Assembly: GCF_039654945.1 (NCBI RefSeq)
Contig: NW_027361754.1
Span: 65,596,001-65,660,000 of the forward strand
Direction of reading: 5' to 3'
From: Dendrobates tinctorius
Lineage: Eukaryota
DNA: 64,000 bases
The notes below the pieces were generated by a model. It did no database searches, was not told where the DNA came from, and worked only from the letters and a program-made list of their open reading frames with translations. Position numbers and translations under genes: made by a program. Positions 60,001 through 64,000 of the stretch are shown piece by piece; position 1 is the first letter of the stretch, and every line of letters starts with the position of its first letter.

Positions 60001-61330
60001 ATAGTTTTTGCATCACCACATATTGAGAGCTATAATTTTTCCGTATTTTGACCCACCAAGTCATGTGAGGTCTTATTTTTTGCGGGACGAGTTGACGTTT
60101 TTATCGGTACCATTTTCGGGCACGTGACATTTTTTGATCGCTTTTTATTCCGATTTTTGGGACTCAGAATGAACAAAAACCAGCGTTTCATGAATTTCTT
60201 TTGGGGGGTGCGTTTACACCGTTCCGCGTGCGGTAAAATTGATGAAGCGGTTTTATTCTTCGGGTCAGTACGGTTACAGCGATACCTCATTTAGGTCGTT
60301 TTTTTATGTTTTGTCGGTTTTATGCAATGAAAACTATTTTATATAAAAAATAATTATTTTTGCATTGCTTTATTCTGCGAGCTATAACTTTTTTATTTTT
60401 TCGCTGATGATGCTGTGTGGCGGCTCGTTTTTTGCGGGACAAGATGACGTTTTCAGCGGTACCATGGATATTTATATGCGTCTTTTTGATCGCGCATTAT
60501 TACACTTTTTGTTTGGCGGTATGATAATAAATCATTATTTTTTGCTTCGTTTTTTATTTTTATTTTTTAAGGGGTTCGCTAAAGGGGTTAACTAATGGGA
60601 CAGTTTTATAGGGCGGGTCGTTACGGACACGGCGATACCTAATATGTGTACTTTTATTGTTTTTATTTATTTTTTTTTTCCAAAAAATGAATTTATTGGG
60701 GAATATTTATTTTTTTTTACTAATTTATTTAGCGATTTTTTTTTTTTTTTAAATTATTTTTACACTTTTTTTATTTTTTTTTTACTTTATTACATAGTCC
60801 CAGGTGGGACATCACTGTCCTGTGACAGATCGCTGATCTGTCACATCACAGATCACTGTGACAGATCAGCAATCTGTCACAGGCAGTGCCGAAGGCTTCC
60901 TCATGCCTGCGCTTTGCAGGCACTGAGGAAGCCAGCTTCCTGCAGGCCCCCGAAGGCCCCCGTAGCCATCTTGGATTCGGGGGCCTGCAGGAAAGGAGTC
61001 CCCCGCAGCAGCGCTGCACATTGCGCTGCCGTGGGGGGCTCAGGGAAGCACGGAGGGAGCCCCCTCCCTGCCGATGCTTCCCTTTAACTCCCGGTACACC
61101 GCGATCGTGTTCGATCGTGGTGTGCAAGGGGTTAACGTGTCGGGGGAGGTCCGTGACCGCCCCTGACACATTGTGCCGGGTGTCAGCTGTGATAATCAGC
61201 TGACACCCGGCCGCAATCAGCGGCGCTCACCACGTGGGCGCCGCTGATAGCGGTAGACGTACTATCCCGTCCATGGGCATAGGGGCCCGGGTCCCATGGA
61301 CGGGATAGTACGTCTCATGTCAGAAAGGGG
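57013..61330. mobile_element. Non-autonomous piggyBac-like element, copy B (right end intact, left ~400 bp missing)
   Basis: Ends AAGGGG|TTAA (61331-61334). Seven ~380-bp internal units, a CCCTAA-like tract at 59795-59856 and subterminal palindromes. Confidence 0.8.
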
Positions 61331-61334
61331 TTAA

Positions 61335-61666
61335 TCCATGTCAACTGGCTGCAAGTGTGATTTAGTTATTGCCAACACCTGTTAGGTGCCACAGGTAAGT
61401 TACAGGTGCTGTTAATTACACAAATTAGAGAAGCATCACATGATTTTTCGAACAGTGCCAATACTTTTGACCACCATCTTTTTTATGTTTGGTGTGGAAT
61501 TATATCCAATTTGGCTTTAGGACAATTCTTTTTATGTTTTTTTAATTTAAGACAAATTAAATGAAGATAATAATACCAAAGAATTTGTGTTTGCAATCAT
61601 TTTCAGGAAGAAACTGAGTATTATCTGACAGAATTGCAGGAGTGTCAATACTTTTGGCCACAACTG
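61335..61666. mobile_element. Tc1-like element, right-end remnant
   Basis: Inner and outer repeat CAATACTTTTG(A/G)CCAC; ends CACAACTG|TA, after which the satellite resumes at TAGTAAA. Confidence 0.7.
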
Positions 61667-64000
61667 TAGTAAATGCTGTCCTGTCTGGATGTAAGAGGGT
61701 CTGGGCTCTCTATAATAAAGTCTATCCTGTCTGGATGTAAGGGGGTCTGGGCTCTCTATAGTAAAGGCTGTCCTGTCTGGATGTAAGGGGGTCTGGGCTC
61801 TCTATAGTAAAGGCTATCCTGTCTGGATGTAAGGGTCTGGGCTCTATAGTAAAGGCTATCCTGTCTGGATGTAAGAGGGTCTGGGCTCTCTATAGTAAAG
61901 GCTATCCTGTCTGGATGTAAGAGGGTCTGGGCTCTCTATAGTAAAGGCTATCCTGTCTGGATGTAAGGGGGTCTGGGCTCTCTATAGTAAAGGCTGTCCT
62001 GTCTGGATGTAAGAGGGTCTGGGCTCTCTATACTAAAGGCCGTCCTGTCTGGATGTAAGGGGGTCTGGGCTCTCTATAGTAAAGGCTATCCTGTCTGGAT
62101 GTAAGGGGGTCTGGGCTCTCTATAGTAAAGGCTGTCCTGTCTGGATGTAAGAGGGTCTGGGCTCTCTATACTAAAGGCCGTCCTGTCTGGATGTAAGGGG
62201 GTCTGGGCTCTCTATAGTAAAGGCTATCCTGTCTGGATGTAAGAGGGTCTGGGCTCTCTATAATAAAGTCTATCCTGTCTGGATGTAAGGGGGTCTGGGC
62301 TCTCTATAGTAAAGGCTGTCCTGTCTGATGTAAGGGGGTCTGGGCTCTCTATAGTAAAGGCTATCCTGTCTGGATGTAAGAGGGTCTGGGCTCTATAGTA
62401 AAGGCTATCCTGTCTGGATGTAAGAGGGTCTGGGCTCTCTATAGTAAAGGCTATCCTGTCTGGATGTAAGAGGGTCTGGGCTCTCTATAGTAAAGGCTAT
62501 CCTGTCTGGATGTAAGGGGGTCTGGGCTCTCTATAGTAAAGGCTGTCCTGTCTGGATGTAAGAGGGTCTGGGCTCTCTATACTAAAGGCCGTCCTGTCTG
62601 GATGTAAGGGGGTCTGGGCTCTCTATAGTACAGGCTATCCTGTCTGGATGTAAGGGGGTCTGGGCTCTCTATAGTAAAGGCCATCCTGTCTGGATGTAAG
62701 GAGGTCTGGGCTCTCTGTAGTAAAGGCCATCCTGTCTGGATGTAAGGGGGTCTGGGCTCTCTATAGTAAAGGCTGTCCTGTCTGAATGTAAGGGGGTCTG
62801 AGCTCTCTATAGTAAAGGCTGTCCTGTCTGGATGTAAGGGGGTCTGGGCTCTCTATAGTAAAGGCTGTCCTGTCTGGATGTAAGGGGGTCTGGGCTCTCT
62901 GTAGTAAAGGCCGTCCTGTCTGGATGTAAGGGGGTCTGGGCTCTCTATAGTAAAGGCTGTCCTGTCTGGATGTAAGGAGGTCTGGGCTCTCTATAGTAAA
63001 GGCCGTCCTGTCTGGATGTAAGGGGGTCTGGGCTCTCTATAGTAAAGGCTGTCCTGTCTGGATGTAAGGGGGTCTGGGCTCTCTATAGTAAAGGCCATTC
63101 TGTCTGGATGTAAGGGGGTCTGAACTCTCTATAGTAAAGGCTGTCCTGTCTGGATGTAAGGAGGTCTGGGCTCTCTATAGTAAAGGCCGTCCTGTCTGCA
63201 TGTAAGGGGGTCTGGGCTCTCTATAGTAAAAGCCATCCTGTCTGGATGTAAGGGGGTCTGGGCTCTCTATAGTAAAGGCTATCCTGTTTGGATGTAAAGG
63301 GGTCTGGGCTCTCTATAGTAAAGGCCGTCCTGTCTGGATGTAAGGGGGTCTAGGCTCTCTACAGTAAAGGCCGTCCTGTCTGGATGTAAGGGGGTCTGGG
63401 CTCTCTACAGAAAAGGCCATCCTGTCTGGATGTAAGGGGGTCTGGGCTCTCTATAGTAAAGGATATTCTGTCTGGATGTAAGGGGGTCTGGGCTCTCTAT
63501 AGTAAAGGCTATCCAGTCTGGATGTAAGGGGGTCTGGGCTCTCTATAGTAAAGGCCATCCTGACTGGATGTAAGGGGGTCTGGGCTCTCTATAGTAAAGG
63601 CTATCCTGTCTGGATGTAAGGGGGTCTGGGCTCTCTGTAGTAAAGGCCATCTTGTCTGGATGTAAGGGGGTCTGGGCTCTCTGTAGTAAAGGCCATCCTG
63701 TCTGGATGTAAGGGGGTCTGAGCTCTCTATAGTAAAGGCTATCCTGTCTGGATGTAAGGGGGTCTGGGCTCTCTACAGTAAAGGCTATCCTGTCTGGATG
63801 TAAGAGGGTCTGGGCTCTCTATAGTAAAGGCTATCCTGTCTGGATGTAAGGGGGTCTGTGCTCTCTATAGTAAAGGATATCCTGTCTGGATGTAAGGGGG
63901 TCTGGGCTCTCTATAGTAAAGGCCGTCCTGTCTGGATGTAAGAGGGTCTGGGCTCTCTATAGTAAAGGCCATCCTGTCTGGATGTAAGGGGGTCTGGGCT
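61667..64000. repeat. 46-bp minisatellite, right block (runs off the window)
   Basis: Same unit as 55095-57015. Confidence 0.97.

Overview
Vertebrate nuclear DNA, probably a frog (inferred from the T2/Kolobok and piggyBac TTAA elements, DIRS, L2, V-SINE-like SINEs and GC-rich minisatellites). Host genes from left to right: four coding exons of a coiled-coil gene on the minus strand (likely CCDC30, running off the left edge), an intact tRNA-Phe(GAA), a complete 16-exon UTP3/SAS10 gene on the plus strand (466 aa), and a complete 3-exon PPCS gene on the minus strand (320 aa) with a CRE/YY1 promoter that may also fire rightwards. Most of the window is repetitive: three DIRS tyrosine-recombinase retrotransposon families (one near-intact copy, one frameshifted copy, one nested chimera), two partial copies of a non-autonomous piggyBac-like element, Tc1/hAT/Kolobok MITEs, L2/CR1/SINE fragments, a solo LTR and four minisatellites. 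Main observations: (1) a shared DIRS expression layout, with a Gag UGA-C stop in frame with the long recombinase frame, a small GT-AG intron just before gag, and an internal copy of the terminal GGGGACAC motif; (2) two same-family DIRS copies in inverted orientation flanking UTP3 exons 2-6; (3) a DIRS inserted in the ICR of another DIRS; (4) an intron-rich UTP3 at what is probably its ancestral locus. All coordinates were read by eye and may be off by a few bases.
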